DNA of 64,000 nt from a virus. The notes beneath the pieces were generated by a model, which was given only the letters and a program-made list of their open reading frames with translations, ran no database searches and had not been told where the DNA came from. Location: the IMG/VR virus record IMGVR_UViG_3300022555_003222, positions 32,001 to 96,000 of that record, one strand, 5' to 3'. Made by a program: the position numbers and the translations under genes. Below are positions 21,196 through 31,885 of the stretch, piece after piece; the first letter of the stretch is position 1, and each line of letters starts with the position of its first letter.

Positions 21196-21729
21196 TTATT
21201 TACCCCACGCCATAATTCTTTCTTGTCCTGGTAATGCTGCACTGCTGTAAACCACTTCCCAAGTAGTGTCTATATCAAACTTCCAAGGCGTGTAATCTGT
21301 GTCATCCCAAGTAACATCTGTGGGAAACTTCACAGAATACTGTTTCAATACAACGCACAAAGGAGTCGCTCCCAATAATTTACCGCACTTAATTTGACAC
21401 ACGGGAGGTGGGGCAAAAGGCGTTCCCATAGCTCCATCTTTTGGATAGGTGCAACTTTCTATTGCTCGTAAATATGCTAAATTTGTAGCTACATCATCTG
21501 GTTTAGTAACATACAAATGCACTTGCATGCTGATACTTCTATTATCAGAGTGAGAGTATGTTTTTAGAGGAAATGATCTTCCAATAATTGGTTCATCGTT
21601 ATACGCCGCTGATTTACTATCCGAAATGTCTGGCAGCGCATATAGAAGAATTGGCCCAAAAGTGGGTATGTATATCCAACAATCACGAATTACGGTTAAA
21701 GCTCCACCTTGAAGGGTTGCCTTGGGCAT
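21196..21729 (-). CDS. tail tube initiator (gp48/gp54-like, CIS tube fold)
   Basis: ISDSKSA.Y..EPIIGRS.P..TY..S..RSISM...PPPVC.I..G; directly after the tape measure gene. Confidence 0.7.
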   Translation of the reverse strand: MPKATLQGGALTVIRDCWIYIPTFGPILLYALPDISDSKSAAYNDEPIIGRSFPLKTYSHSDNRSISMQVHLYVTKPDDVATNLAYLRAIESCTYPKDGAMGTPFAPPPVCQIKCGKLLGATPLCVVLKQYSVKFPTDVTWDDTDYTPWKFDIDTTWEVVYSSAALPGQERIMAWGK

Positions 21730-21796
21730 AATAATCCTACCTTGTACTAAAGGTTCTATTCTTATATAGTTAACGCTGCGTGCATTACCCTATACA

Positions 21797-24700
21797 TTAT
21801 GAAGTGCCATCGTTCAATACTTGGCTATTAGCATTGCCGCCGTGGCGACCAAATTGCCATTTACCATAGTCGGTTGATCCGAAAGAAGATGTCTGAGGGG
21901 CCGTACTTCCGGCAAGGGGTGTCGGAGAAGCACCAGACATGCTTCCTAAATTAGGTGTGAGTAATCTTTTAATATCTTGTAAAGTTTCGTGAATATCTCC
22001 TAAATGTTCCACTTGTTTGTTGGTGGCATTATCGATAGACACTAATTCATCACTTTTTATTTGTTGTGTGCCCGCTTCCGCACCCGCCTGTTGTTGGCCC
22101 ATTCTATCATAAGCATCGCTTAGAGGTGATGATTGAATTCCACCTGCACGTGCTGCGGGAATTGTCATCGCCGCTTTATTAGCAGCAGCTTCGGCCATCG
22201 AAGCGGTTTTTGTTTCCAAATCTGGAATATTGTTTCCTGGAGTGACAGTTACTCGCTCTAAGCCTTTTTCTCCAACTGTTAGTGGTGTTGCTTGTTTGGC
22301 AACAAAACTGCCACCCTTGGCCATTCCCCAACGAGTCTTTTGCCCCCATCCGCCGCCACCACTACCACCTCCACCGCCACCGCCACCGCCACCGCCATAT
22401 TCGGCAGGAGTGTCATTGCCACTAAATTGTAATGCATCTCTAAAGCTTACTTTATCTTTTTCTCTTTGTGCTAAAGTGGCTTCCGATTCTTGCAAATCGC
22501 TCTTATAAGTTGGTATATTATTAGTAGAAGTCGCATTGTTTACCCCAGTTGCTTTGCTATTACTCCAACTGCTGGGTTTTCCCCAACCACTTCCAGCTTG
22601 CCCAGTTTGTCCCCATCCACCTTTACCAGCCGATGCAGCCGCTTCACCTGCTGCACCACCTGCTGCGGCTGCTGCCTCCACTCCACTCACTTTGTTCTTC
22701 GCTCGCTCCAGACTGGATTTAACATCGTCTACAGATTTATCAATACCACCATTAAACTCTTCCAAAGACGATTGCAATGCCTCTGTAGCCCCAGACATGT
22801 TATCCCCTACTACGCCTTCCGTTTGTTTCGCACTCTTATTTACATCTTGCGCTTGGGCCTGTACGCCTTTTTTGTAAAGCGAGTCTTTTATTTTATCTCC
22901 AGTTGTTTCCGTCTTTTTTCTGGCATCGTCAATCGATGCTTGCGCTTTTTCGGCTGATGATGGATTTAATAATCCCTTCCCTATATCTGCACCACTGGCA
23001 CCGCCACCAAACCCAAATAATCCAGTTATAGTTGACCAAAAACCTCCATCCGCAAGATTCATTGCTCTTTTACTCTTAAAGCCTTTGGCTGCATCTCCCA
23101 TTGCCTGTAATGCAGCACTCATACTCAACATGGCATCTGCAACCGCCGATAATTTGTTGGCGGCATCACGCATTTTATTCGTTTCTGGTAATTTATCAAC
23201 TTCTTCCAAGATAGAGGAATTGATGAAGTTTGCCAATTGACCGAATCCCGTTTTAATCGGTTCGGTCATCTTTTCCAAAGTAGTAAAGGGGGACTCTCGC
23301 CAGAAATTATACCATGCTGGTTCTTCAACTAATGGACCTAATTGTTTTGAAGTGGCATCTAATGCAGCCGACATACTGATAGCCATCGTTGCTACATCCT
23401 CCATGACTTGAGCAGCAGTTTTTACATCATTTGTGTTTGGGAAATTCTTAATTAACATGGCAATAATACTGTCGCCTTTACCATCTACTGGACTTCCCAA
23501 AAATGCGAAGATCTTAGACAGCCCCTCTCGCATGGTACTCATCGTTTTGTCATTCAACTGATCAAACATCGACGGTGTACTAAAAAACAATATTCCAGAT
23601 GATTGAGTTAATGGTATCAATGATTTAGCGGTTACATCAAGCGCTGTCGCTATGCCCGATGCCATCATTGCTACATCTTCCATAACTTGTCCAGCAGTTT
23701 TCACATCGCTTGTGTTTGGGAAATTCTTAATTAACATGGCAATAATACTGTCGCCTTTACCATCTACTGGACTTCCCAAAAATGCAAATACTCTAGATAG
23801 CCCATCCTTCATAATGGTTATCGTTTTTTCATTTAATTGATCAAATGTCGATGGCTTGCTAAAAAACAATATTCCAGATGATTTAGTTAGTGGTATCAAT
23901 GACTTAGCAGTTACATCAAGTGCTGTCGCTATGCCCGATGCCATCATTGCTACATCTTGCATAACTTGTCCAGCAGTTTTCACATCACTTGTGTTTGGGA
24001 AATTCTTGATTAACATGGCAATAATACTATCGCCTTTACCATCTACTGGACTTCCCAAAAACGCAAATACTCTAGACAACCCATCCTTCATATTATCTAT
24101 TGCCTTTTGATTCAATTGATCAAATGTCGATGGCGTACTAAAAAACAATATTCCAGATGATTGAGTTAATGGTATTAATGCTTTAGCAGTTACATCGAGT
24201 GCTTGTCCTATGGCTGCTGCCATTACCGCCACATCCTGCAATACTTGTCCAGCAGTTTTCACATCACTTGTGTTTGGGAAGTTTTCTATTAACATAGGAA
24301 TAATACTTCTATCCCCGGTTTCTCCCAAAAAGTCAAATAAAACAGATAATCCGTCGTATATCCCACCGCTCGCATCTTGTAATACCTGTAACGGAGATCG
24401 TGTATCCCAGAACTTCCAATAATTGGCTGCAACCATAGGCACTAAAACTTGCGTCATGGTTCCTATGGTGTTCCCCAAAGCCTCTACCATTGTGCTAATG
24501 TCTTGCATAACTTGTGTTGCTGTTTTCAATACATTAGGATTAGGAATGTTGGATCTCAATACCGATACAACCATCATGGCGATTCCTGCCGCCAATGCGG
24601 CAATTTTTGGACCAATAAACATCAGTGCTGCCGCCCCCAACAGCATGAGCCCGCCCAGTATAAGTCCTTGTGGTCCGATCAACATATAAGTGGCCGCTCC

Positions 24701-27700
24701 TGCTCCCAAGAATACCGCCGCTGCTTTACCTATTGATTGCATTATTTCATATGCACTATTTAAGATGGTTTCCACATCTTCGGCTGCTGCCTTGGCTGTT
24801 GCGCCATCAATTCCTATTGATCTCATCACGTCCATGCAGAATTTAACAACGGAGCCTGCCAAATACGCCATTACCGGTGCCATTACCATTAATGCTACGG
24901 CTCCCAAACTCATTAATTTTAATAGGATTAATCCTTGTGGGCCAACACATAAGGCCATAGCCACACCCAAAGCTAAAAACATAGCCGCTGATTTTGCGGT
25001 ACTTGACAAAATACTTGCTGCACTACCGAGAATTCCGCTAACTTCATCTGCAACTTGGGAAGCAGTTCCAGCATCTATTCCAATTGATCCCATTACTTCA
25101 TTACAAAAATTAACCACTGATGCAGATAACCCAGCCATTACTGGAGCTAACACCATCAATGCTACGGCTCCTAAACTCATTAACCTTAATAGAATAAGCC
25201 CTTGTGGTCCAATACATAAAGCCATAGCGACACCTAAAGCTAAGAACATAGCCGCTGATTTTGCAGTAGTCCATAAAATACTTGCTGCGCTACCAAGGAT
25301 GTTACTTACCTCATCTGCCACAGAAGCGGCCATTGAAGCATCGACACCAATTGCTCCCATCACCCAATCACAGAATTTAACCACTGATGTAGCTAACAAT
25401 ACCATCACTGGAGCTAAAACAAGTAAAGCTGCGGCACCAGCAGCCATTAATCCAAGAAAAACCCATCCTTGTGGACCCCACAACATAGATGCAACTGTAC
25501 CGACGCCAACTAAAACTAATGCAGCTAAAGCTGTAGCCACAAGAATCTTTCCTGCTGACATAAGTATTCCAGCCACATTGCTCGCTACTTCTTCCGCTTT
25601 TCCAGCATCAATTCCCATAACACCTAGCATGGCATCAATAAAACCAATAAGCCCAGCCGCAAACAATACCATGACAGGTGCTAAGACCGCCATGACTATT
25701 GCTCCTTTAATCATATCTGGTATTGCTTTCTTAATAGCGTCTACGTTCTTACCCACTTCTTTCATGGCTAATGCGGCAGCACCAGCGGCAGTAATGATTA
25801 ATGCTGCGCCCACTAGTATAGCCCCAATGGTTTTAGTGGTTTCTATGACTTGCCCTGAATCTATTCCCAAAGCACCCACTATCTTTACTAATATTAACAT
25901 TGCGGCACCAACAACAGCAACCGCCGCAGCTATCTTTAACATGCTTGGTCCCATCTTGGCCATATCTTTCATGGATGGAATTTCTGGAACCTTGGGCTCC
26001 GCTATAGCGCCTCCGCCTGCACCTGGAGTGGGTGCTTCTGCTGCCTCCATCGTTTTTGGTAATATCTTGGTCTTGAGTTTGGTAAGACTCTCTTTGAACA
26101 TTCCCAACATGCCTTTTTTATCATTCATGTTGGTAAACTTAGATTTTAATTTCTTAAACCCCGCTACAACTGAACTTCGTATTCCTTCTCCGATATCTCC
26201 CGGACCCGCTTTGGCAAAATCAAATGTCCCTTGCGTCTTTTCAGCGGCACCTGCTGCGACTCCACCTTTTTCAGCGGCACCTGCTCCTCCAAACATTTTA
26301 CTCCATCTATCTTTGAAACCTTTAGCAGCCTTGCCTAAAACTCCATCTTTATTGGTCATATCACCAAAACGTTTTTTGAATCCCTGTGTAGCTTTGCCCA
26401 ACATGCCATCCTTGCTAGTCATGTCATTAAATCGATCTTTGAATCCTTGTGCGGCTTTGCCCAACATGCCATCCTTGCTAGTCATGTCATTAAATCGATC
26501 TTTGAATCCTTGTGCGGCTTTACCTAGTATGCCATCCTTGCTAGTAATTTCATTAAATCTATCTCTAAATCCCTTTATCATTTTGCCAAATAGAGTATCA
26601 CCTTCTGCGGCTTTGCCTAATTTATCTCTCAGAGTATTGACCACACCAAGAGCAGTTGTTTTCGCTTCTCCTAAATATTTCTTTGCCATGTCCCCAGCGG
26701 CAGCCAAGCCGCCACCTGGACCTTTCTCCGCACCCATATCAAATAGCGTTAACTGCTTTTCTGCACCTGGACCACCTGCAACCTTTTCGCCTGGAGTTTT
26801 ACCGCCTTTAAGTTTATTAACTAGTCCTCCAATAAATCCTTTAATTCCACCGCTACCAGCAGGATCATCCATGCCTTTTACCCCATCTTCTTTGGCAAAA
26901 TGATCGCTAACAACTTTCATGCCCACTTCCATACTTCTAAGGACACTATAAGCGGATGCAAGTGTTGCACCTAAATATATCAATTTAAGTGCGAATCCAG
27001 CAAAGTATCGCACCATTGGCCCCGTGAATCCTCTAATAGATTCATTGATTAGATCTAATGTTTGCTCCATTTTAGACATTGGATCTAAAGATTTCTTTTG
27101 ATCAACATTAGCTTTACGAGATTCAGCATGCATTGCTTGAATTACCTCTCGCATTTTACCCATGTCTCCAGAAGATAAAGCCTTTTGAATGTCTTTGGTA
27201 AAATCCTTTCCACCAGCTTCTTTAATGGATTTAGCACTTAACATGGCAGCACCTTGCATGGCAGACATGTTACTTTTTAGATTGACGCCCATAGCTCCTA
27301 AATCAGAAGCCATATCTTTGTTCTTGGCAAATGTCTTATTGATGGCCTCATCCATGCTCTTAGCACCCTTGGCGGCTTCTTCAACGGCATTCAAAAATTC
27401 AAATCCCTTATCTTCAGCAAGTTTCTTTCCTTGCTTTTCCAAATTCAATCTTTCTTCTGCGGTTAGATTTTGTTCTTTAAGCTTTTTATTGATATCTGAG
27501 ATTCTTTCCGCATAGCCTTTAGAGCCATCGTCCAAAGACTTAATTAGGCGATCCACCTCTCCAGCCTGTAAACCAAAAGCAGATTGTAACCGCAAATTCA
27601 ATTGGGCTAATTCTTCTCCACCCAACTTAGAAGCGGCATCTTCTACCCAGCCCATTTGCGTCATAAGATTCTTCATGCCATCGGCCGTAGCTTTGATACC

Positions 27701-28861
27701 ATCTCTTGTCTGAAACAATGTTCCTTGTCTTAATTCATTTACTTTGCCAACTTGAGAAGCTGCCGCAAACATAAGAGATTGCGTTTCCTTGCCAGCCTTC
27801 ATAAACAATTCATATGTGTTGCTGGCCGCTCCCACAATCCTCTCCATCTGATCTCCAATACCAGATTTTTCTGCTTCAGCCATTAGACCCATTACATTTT
27901 TAGCACTTTGAGAAGTAAGGGTGCCAGCATCTCTCATGGACTTAACAAACTTTTCAGAGCTTTGTACGACCTTTATAAGGTTATCACCAGTCACGCCAGT
28001 CCATCTAGCAACTGTTTGTACATCTCTACCCAATTGAGATGCTTGATTGCTTGTTAGTCCCATTTGCATGTGCCATTTAGCAAATAAATCATTAGTGGAC
28101 TCTGCATTAGAACCGATCATGGTTGCAGTAGACAGACTTGCTTTGGTGACAGTCAACATTTCTTTTTGACTTCTTACGCCACCTTTTAGATTTTTTGTAT
28201 AAGTCTTTTGAAATTCAGACAAATTCATCCCTATTTCTGCCACCACTTTTCCAGTAGCTTGATAGGCTTCTTGCAAACCTCTTGTTTCTGCTGTGATGCC
28301 TTGAGTTTCAAAGGCAACCGCACGCATGTTTCTCATGTAATCCAATTCGTGTGTAAGTACGCCTTCAAACAAACCGCTAAACAAATCAAATTGTCGTATT
28401 ACACCAGTGATGGCAAGAGACATACCAGCGAATGCTGATCCCTTCACTAATTCGCTGTTCATGGTAGTAATAGATTTTAATGACTTTTCTATCTCTGCCA
28501 TGTTCTTAGCGCCATCTTTGCTACCTAAAGCATCTTGTGTAGCGGCCGTGGGATCTTTCTTGCTTGCAACGTTTGCTTTCCCAGTTACCGGAGTAGACTT
28601 TCCAGTGCGAGTGTCTACGATGGCTTTAACCATGTTATCGCCTACGTCTTTGAGAACTTTAATGGTTTCCTCAGAATTTTTGGTTAAATCATCAAGCTTA
28701 TCAACAAGATCTTCTAGTGATTTGTTGCCTTCCTCAGCAACTTTTTGAGTCTTTAGATCGTCTTTATTACTGAGCATTTGGCGCAGAAGGGTTCGCATTT
28801 CATCCATCGATTTTCCGATGGAATCTACTGTCCTTCCAAAAGCATCAGTTAATTCAGACAT
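21797..28861 (-). CDS. tape measure protein
   Basis: 2354 aa, Ala/Gly-rich helical, hydrophobic central repeats, upstream of tube initiator and baseplate. Confidence 0.85.
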   Translation of the reverse strand: MSELTDAFGRTVDSIGKSMDEMRTLLRQMLSNKDDLKTQKVAEEGNKSLEDLVDKLDDLTKNSEETIKVLKDVGDNMVKAIVDTRTGKSTPVTGKANVASKKDPTAATQDALGSKDGAKNMAEIEKSLKSITTMNSELVKGSAFAGMSLAITGVIRQFDLFSGLFEGVLTHELDYMRNMRAVAFETQGITAETRGLQEAYQATGKVVAEIGMNLSEFQKTYTKNLKGGVRSQKEMLTVTKASLSTATMIGSNAESTNDLFAKWHMQMGLTSNQASQLGRDVQTVARWTGVTGDNLIKVVQSSEKFVKSMRDAGTLTSQSAKNVMGLMAEAEKSGIGDQMERIVGAASNTYELFMKAGKETQSLMFAAASQVGKVNELRQGTLFQTRDGIKATADGMKNLMTQMGWVEDAASKLGGEELAQLNLRLQSAFGLQAGEVDRLIKSLDDGSKGYAERISDINKKLKEQNLTAEERLNLEKQGKKLAEDKGFEFLNAVEEAAKGAKSMDEAINKTFAKNKDMASDLGAMGVNLKSNMSAMQGAAMLSAKSIKEAGGKDFTKDIQKALSSGDMGKMREVIQAMHAESRKANVDQKKSLDPMSKMEQTLDLINESIRGFTGPMVRYFAGFALKLIYLGATLASAYSVLRSMEVGMKVVSDHFAKEDGVKGMDDPAGSGGIKGFIGGLVNKLKGGKTPGEKVAGGPGAEKQLTLFDMGAEKGPGGGLAAAGDMAKKYLGEAKTTALGVVNTLRDKLGKAAEGDTLFGKMIKGFRDRFNEITSKDGILGKAAQGFKDRFNDMTSKDGMLGKAAQGFKDRFNDMTSKDGMLGKATQGFKKRFGDMTNKDGVLGKAAKGFKDRWSKMFGGAGAAEKGGVAAGAAEKTQGTFDFAKAGPGDIGEGIRSSVVAGFKKLKSKFTNMNDKKGMLGMFKESLTKLKTKILPKTMEAAEAPTPGAGGGAIAEPKVPEIPSMKDMAKMGPSMLKIAAAVAVVGAAMLILVKIVGALGIDSGQVIETTKTIGAILVGAALIITAAGAAALAMKEVGKNVDAIKKAIPDMIKGAIVMAVLAPVMVLFAAGLIGFIDAMLGVMGIDAGKAEEVASNVAGILMSAGKILVATALAALVLVGVGTVASMLWGPQGWVFLGLMAAGAAALLVLAPVMVLLATSVVKFCDWVMGAIGVDASMAASVADEVSNILGSAASILWTTAKSAAMFLALGVAMALCIGPQGLILLRLMSLGAVALMVLAPVMAGLSASVVNFCNEVMGSIGIDAGTASQVADEVSGILGSAASILSSTAKSAAMFLALGVAMALCVGPQGLILLKLMSLGAVALMVMAPVMAYLAGSVVKFCMDVMRSIGIDGATAKAAAEDVETILNSAYEIMQSIGKAAAVFLGAGAATYMLIGPQGLILGGLMLLGAAALMFIGPKIAALAAGIAMMVVSVLRSNIPNPNVLKTATQVMQDISTMVEALGNTIGTMTQVLVPMVAANYWKFWDTRSPLQVLQDASGGIYDGLSVLFDFLGETGDRSIIPMLIENFPNTSDVKTAGQVLQDVAVMAAAIGQALDVTAKALIPLTQSSGILFFSTPSTFDQLNQKAIDNMKDGLSRVFAFLGSPVDGKGDSIIAMLIKNFPNTSDVKTAGQVMQDVAMMASGIATALDVTAKSLIPLTKSSGILFFSKPSTFDQLNEKTITIMKDGLSRVFAFLGSPVDGKGDSIIAMLIKNFPNTSDVKTAGQVMEDVAMMASGIATALDVTAKSLIPLTQSSGILFFSTPSMFDQLNDKTMSTMREGLSKIFAFLGSPVDGKGDSIIAMLIKNFPNTNDVKTAAQVMEDVATMAISMSAALDATSKQLGPLVEEPAWYNFWRESPFTTLEKMTEPIKTGFGQLANFINSSILEEVDKLPETNKMRDAANKLSAVADAMLSMSAALQAMGDAAKGFKSKRAMNLADGGFWSTITGLFGFGGGASGADIGKGLLNPSSAEKAQASIDDARKKTETTGDKIKDSLYKKGVQAQAQDVNKSAKQTEGVVGDNMSGATEALQSSLEEFNGGIDKSVDDVKSSLERAKNKVSGVEAAAAAGGAAGEAAASAGKGGWGQTGQAGSGWGKPSSWSNSKATGVNNATSTNNIPTYKSDLQESEATLAQREKDKVSFRDALQFSGNDTPAEYGGGGGGGGGGGSGGGGWGQKTRWGMAKGGSFVAKQATPLTVGEKGLERVTVTPGNNIPDLETKTASMAEAAANKAAMTIPAARAGGIQSSPLSDAYDRMGQQQAGAEAGTQQIKSDELVSIDNATNKQVEHLGDIHETLQDIKRLLTPNLGSMSGASPTPLAGSTAPQTSSFGSTDYGKWQFGRHGGNANSQVLNDGTS
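23380..24310 (-). repeat. 279-bp (93-aa) tandem repeats in the TMP
   Basis: tgtgtttgggaa anchor at 23432, 23711, 23990, 24269. Confidence 0.9.
26310..26570 (-). repeat. 63-bp (21-aa) tandem repeats in the TMP
   Basis: FKDRFNDMTSKDGMLGKAAQG units; acatgccatcc at 26401 and 26464. Confidence 0.9.
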
Positions 28862-29517
28862 TATTGATTAGTCTCCATTGAGCCCAAAGGTGCCTTTGCT
28901 GCAATTGTTGGTACATTGGGGAATGCTCCCGCCTGTTCGGATGAAGAGGGAGGTGCCTCGGGAGTATATAGTGATTTGCCTTCTTTCATTTGTTTGGCTT
29001 GAATATTTACTTGTCTCAATTGGGCTTTTATAGCGTTTCGCATTATTTGCACTTGATTAATATCAAATGTTCTAGACATGGTGATGACCTGCAATAGGAA
29101 TTGAGCATTGAATTTTTTGACTTGTCTAATTCCATCCCATTTGTATTCTCTGAACCCCAAATCTACTATAGCCCTGTCTCCTTTGATGGCTTGATAAGAA
29201 AACGCTGTTTTATCACCCCAGGCTTGAATTAATCTTCGTATGTCAAAAAATGTCAAATAATTTAAGTTAATTCCTTTTATTCTTTCTCCTTGCTTTACAC
29301 GGGTGACAATTATCATTGGATAAGGATCACGCTTTCTAAACAAGTAATTAAAGGTAATTAAACTTCCTTCTTTAACAATGGGATCAACAGGAGCACCAGG
29401 ATCGGTAGCATTGGGACTACGTTTGCCAACAGATTGAAATAAACTTTGTGCAAAAGTATTGGTAGGCGTACTAGCCGTTAATACCGGATTATTTGGACCT
29501 GTTCCTATCCTTGTCAT
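28861..29517 (-). CDS. putative DNA end-protector-like (T4 gp2-like) protein
   Basis: F.Y...DPYPMII.....GINLNYL...FREY pattern resembles the gp2 family. Confidence 0.45.
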   Translation of the reverse strand: MTRIGTGPNNPVLTASTPTNTFAQSLFQSVGKRSPNATDPGAPVDPIVKEGSLITFNYLFRKRDPYPMIIVTRVKQGERIKGINLNYLTFFDIRRLIQAWGDKTAFSYQAIKGDRAIVDLGFREYKWDGIRQVKKFNAQFLLQVITMSRTFDINQVQIMRNAIKAQLRQVNIQAKQMKEGKSLYTPEAPPSSSEQAGAFPNVPTIAAKAPLGSMETNQ

Positions 29518-29519
29518 AA

Positions 29520-30014
29520 TTAACTTCTGCTGTGAACCAAGTTAGCATAATCTGTTGCCCCACCGGATTTAACCATAACATTACCCCACGGGTCACTCTT
29601 CTTATCAAATTCCGAAGCTCGCAGATCTTTCTCTGCTTTACCACTTCGCTTAAAGAAAGCAGCCACTTCTTCGCCAATAGCTTTCATAACCTCTTTACCC
29701 GCTTTTTCTTCATGCACATTATCAGCGATGAGATCGTTATACATGCTTTCCACATCAAGCATATAAGCGGTGCCATAAGGATGGGTGCTGGCTTCTTTTT
29801 GAATTCGATAGGCCATAGTTCCAGCTATTTTATATATGCGAATACCATCGAAAGATGTTTGCCCGCCCGGATTTTTGGCAAACACATACGGATCTTCCTC
29901 TTCACAGAAATTTTGTGTGGTTACACCATGTTTCCTTAAAACCTTTTCGATAATTTTTAATTGTCGCTTAGATTCTCTGGTTTTCTTGTCAACGAATTCA
30001 CGAAATGTTTTCAT
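29520..30014 (-). CDS. hypothetical virion protein with MKTFREF N-terminus
   Basis: 164-aa ORF in operon; capsid-targeting-like N-terminus. Confidence 0.6.
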   Translation of the reverse strand: MKTFREFVDKKTRESKRQLKIIEKVLRKHGVTTQNFCEEEDPYVFAKNPGGQTSFDGIRIYKIAGTMAYRIQKEASTHPYGTAYMLDVESMYNDLIADNVHEEKAGKEVMKAIGEEVAAFFKRSGKAEKDLRASEFDKKSDPWGNVMVKSGGATDYANLVHSRS

Positions 30015-30021
30015 ATCACTC

Positions 30022-31341
30022 CTAGCATTGTTTCATCAAGATATCATGGGTTGAATACACGCATCGCTGTAACACTTTTAGATCACTGGGATTTCCTTGA
30101 TAAGGAACTTCCTTAAACACCATGCCAGTGCCCATTGCCGAAGATGCTTCTTTTAACGTAGGCAAAGCGGCTGTCAAAAACAGCATGCCGTCTCTACGCT
30201 GCATAAATTCCACTTCATCTTTTTCTGGTTGGCCATTTTCATCTTGCTGGCCGGTTTCTTTTACGAAATATATGTTTAGATCAATAAACGGAATGATCTC
30301 GCCTTCGTCCGTAATCATAGCCTCAGAATTATCCGAATGTCGTGTGCGGACCACTAATTTGCCTTGAGCGTATGCTGCTCTTAATGATGTGGCAATATCC
30401 CAACCCAATGCAAAAATAGTTCCATCTTCATCTACAGTATGAACAACATATGCTCGTTGATTAAACTTATCAGCAATAGACTCTGCTACGACTCGACGAC
30501 GAAGCACGTCTTTTTCTTCTGGACTGCCTTCACCAAGTCTCTTGAGTTCTGGCTCCTTGAGATACCTTTCGGCATCATCTTCTCTTAGGCTCCAATCGCC
30601 AATAAACACTTTGCCCCACTTAGAATTGAAACGAGTGCTTAACATGATTGAGTATTCTTTATCATTGAAAACCACGTCGGCTTTATCTGCACCACTACCC
30701 ACTTGCACACCACCCAAGAGGGCAGCGATAAATTTGCGATGCAAATCTCCCTTCAATCCTTCATAGCCATTGAGTTTAACGAATATGTTATTTAACAATG
30801 GCACCGTTTCTAACACTTGACATAAATGATTCACTACAGAAACAGCAGGATTATTACGATCAAGCTGTTCTTTAATCAATTTTCTAATTTCTTTTGATGC
30901 TTTGTCTATGTTGGCATTTAATCTAAGGGTCTGTACATTTAGATTATCATCTACAAATTTGCGTTGATACGGCAATAAGTGTCGATCACTTTCACGAATC
31001 TGTTTCAGCATATCAATTAACTTCTGTGCATCACCTTTGATAGATTCTTTGAAGTATTGTTTCTTGAATTGTTCAAAATCACCTTCATCCGGTGGTTCGG
31101 GCATATCAGGCCCTTGCGGATCTTGAGTTACATCGGGCGGCTGTTGATCTGGTTGTGGTTGATCTTGGCCGGGCTGATTTGCCACATTGGGATCAGGTGG
31201 TTGACCCTGTTGTGGTGGCGGTCCCATATTGCCTGCGGGAGAACTGCTTGGAGCACCACCAGCGGCCGGATCGGGCTGACCTCCTAAAGCTGGAGTGTCT
31301 GCTTCCATCAACCAATCATCTAAATTATATCTATTACTCAT
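30022..31341 (-). CDS. hypothetical virion protein with Pro/Gln-rich N-terminal linker
   Basis: long ORF; likely start MSNRY after AAGGGG. Confidence 0.65.
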   Translation of the reverse strand: MSNRYNLDDWLMEADTPALGGQPDPAAGGAPSSSPAGNMGPPPQQGQPPDPNVANQPGQDQPQPDQQPPDVTQDPQGPDMPEPPDEGDFEQFKKQYFKESIKGDAQKLIDMLKQIRESDRHLLPYQRKFVDDNLNVQTLRLNANIDKASKEIRKLIKEQLDRNNPAVSVVNHLCQVLETVPLLNNIFVKLNGYEGLKGDLHRKFIAALLGGVQVGSGADKADVVFNDKEYSIMLSTRFNSKWGKVFIGDWSLREDDAERYLKEPELKRLGEGSPEEKDVLRRRVVAESIADKFNQRAYVVHTVDEDGTIFALGWDIATSLRAAYAQGKLVVRTRHSDNSEAMITDEGEIIPFIDLNIYFVKETGQQDENGQPEKDEVEFMQRRDGMLFLTAALPTLKEASSAMGTGMVFKEVPYQGNPSDLKVLQRCVYSTHDILMKQC

Positions 31342-31834
31342 CTGAATTACCCCTTGCTTGTTTTCTGGCCTTTCTTTGCGCATTACTTAGATCTTGAATC
31401 AATTGCTTCTTCCCGCTATTAATATTGATGGTATTATTCTGCTTTGCCGCCAAATATCTGGGAAACGTATCTTTATCTTTCATTTTTATACGTGTCATTA
31501 ACTCGGCTATCTTTGCCATTTTATCATTGGCATCTGATCTGATTTTCAAAAAGTTTACTAATGCTTCTTTACTAGCAGAGGAGGCATCCCCACCATTAAT
31601 AACCATTTCAGCAAATTGTTCCATGAAATCACTGGCTTTTTCTCGATCATCTCTAAGATTAACTAATATTTCATTATAAGCACCCAACAAAGTCTCATCG
31701 CTAACTAGTGGATTTTCTGGTTGATCGGAGACTGCTGGCACGTTAACATTCATAGCGGGAATCAAAGATTGGATCTCTCCATCATCAGAAACTTCCTGCA
31801 CAATTGTTTCTAGCGGGTTTTTATCTTGGCTCAT
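31334..31834 (-). CDS. hypothetical helical protein
   Basis: 166-aa ORF, first gene of the leftward operon. Confidence 0.6.
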   Translation of the reverse strand: MSQDKNPLETIVQEVSDDGEIQSLIPAMNVNVPAVSDQPENPLVSDETLLGAYNEILVNLRDDREKASDFMEQFAEMVINGGDASSASKEALVNFLKIRSDANDKMAKIAELMTRIKMKDKDTFPRYLAAKQNNTININSGKKQLIQDLSNAQRKARKQARGNSDE

Positions 31835-31885
31835 GATAAATATATAGGTCAGGGAACTTAGATTCTTCCATATAATAGGAATAGC

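Noticed and set aside
15208-21729. Bacterial T6SS or eCIS locus
   Set aside because: The very long TMP, homing endonuclease, phage-type accessory genes and lack of Tss membrane or ATPase genes indicate a phage tail.
24690-26903. 737-aa plus-strand ORF
   Set aside because: Antisense shadow of the repeat-rich tape measure gene; no RBS or domain motifs.
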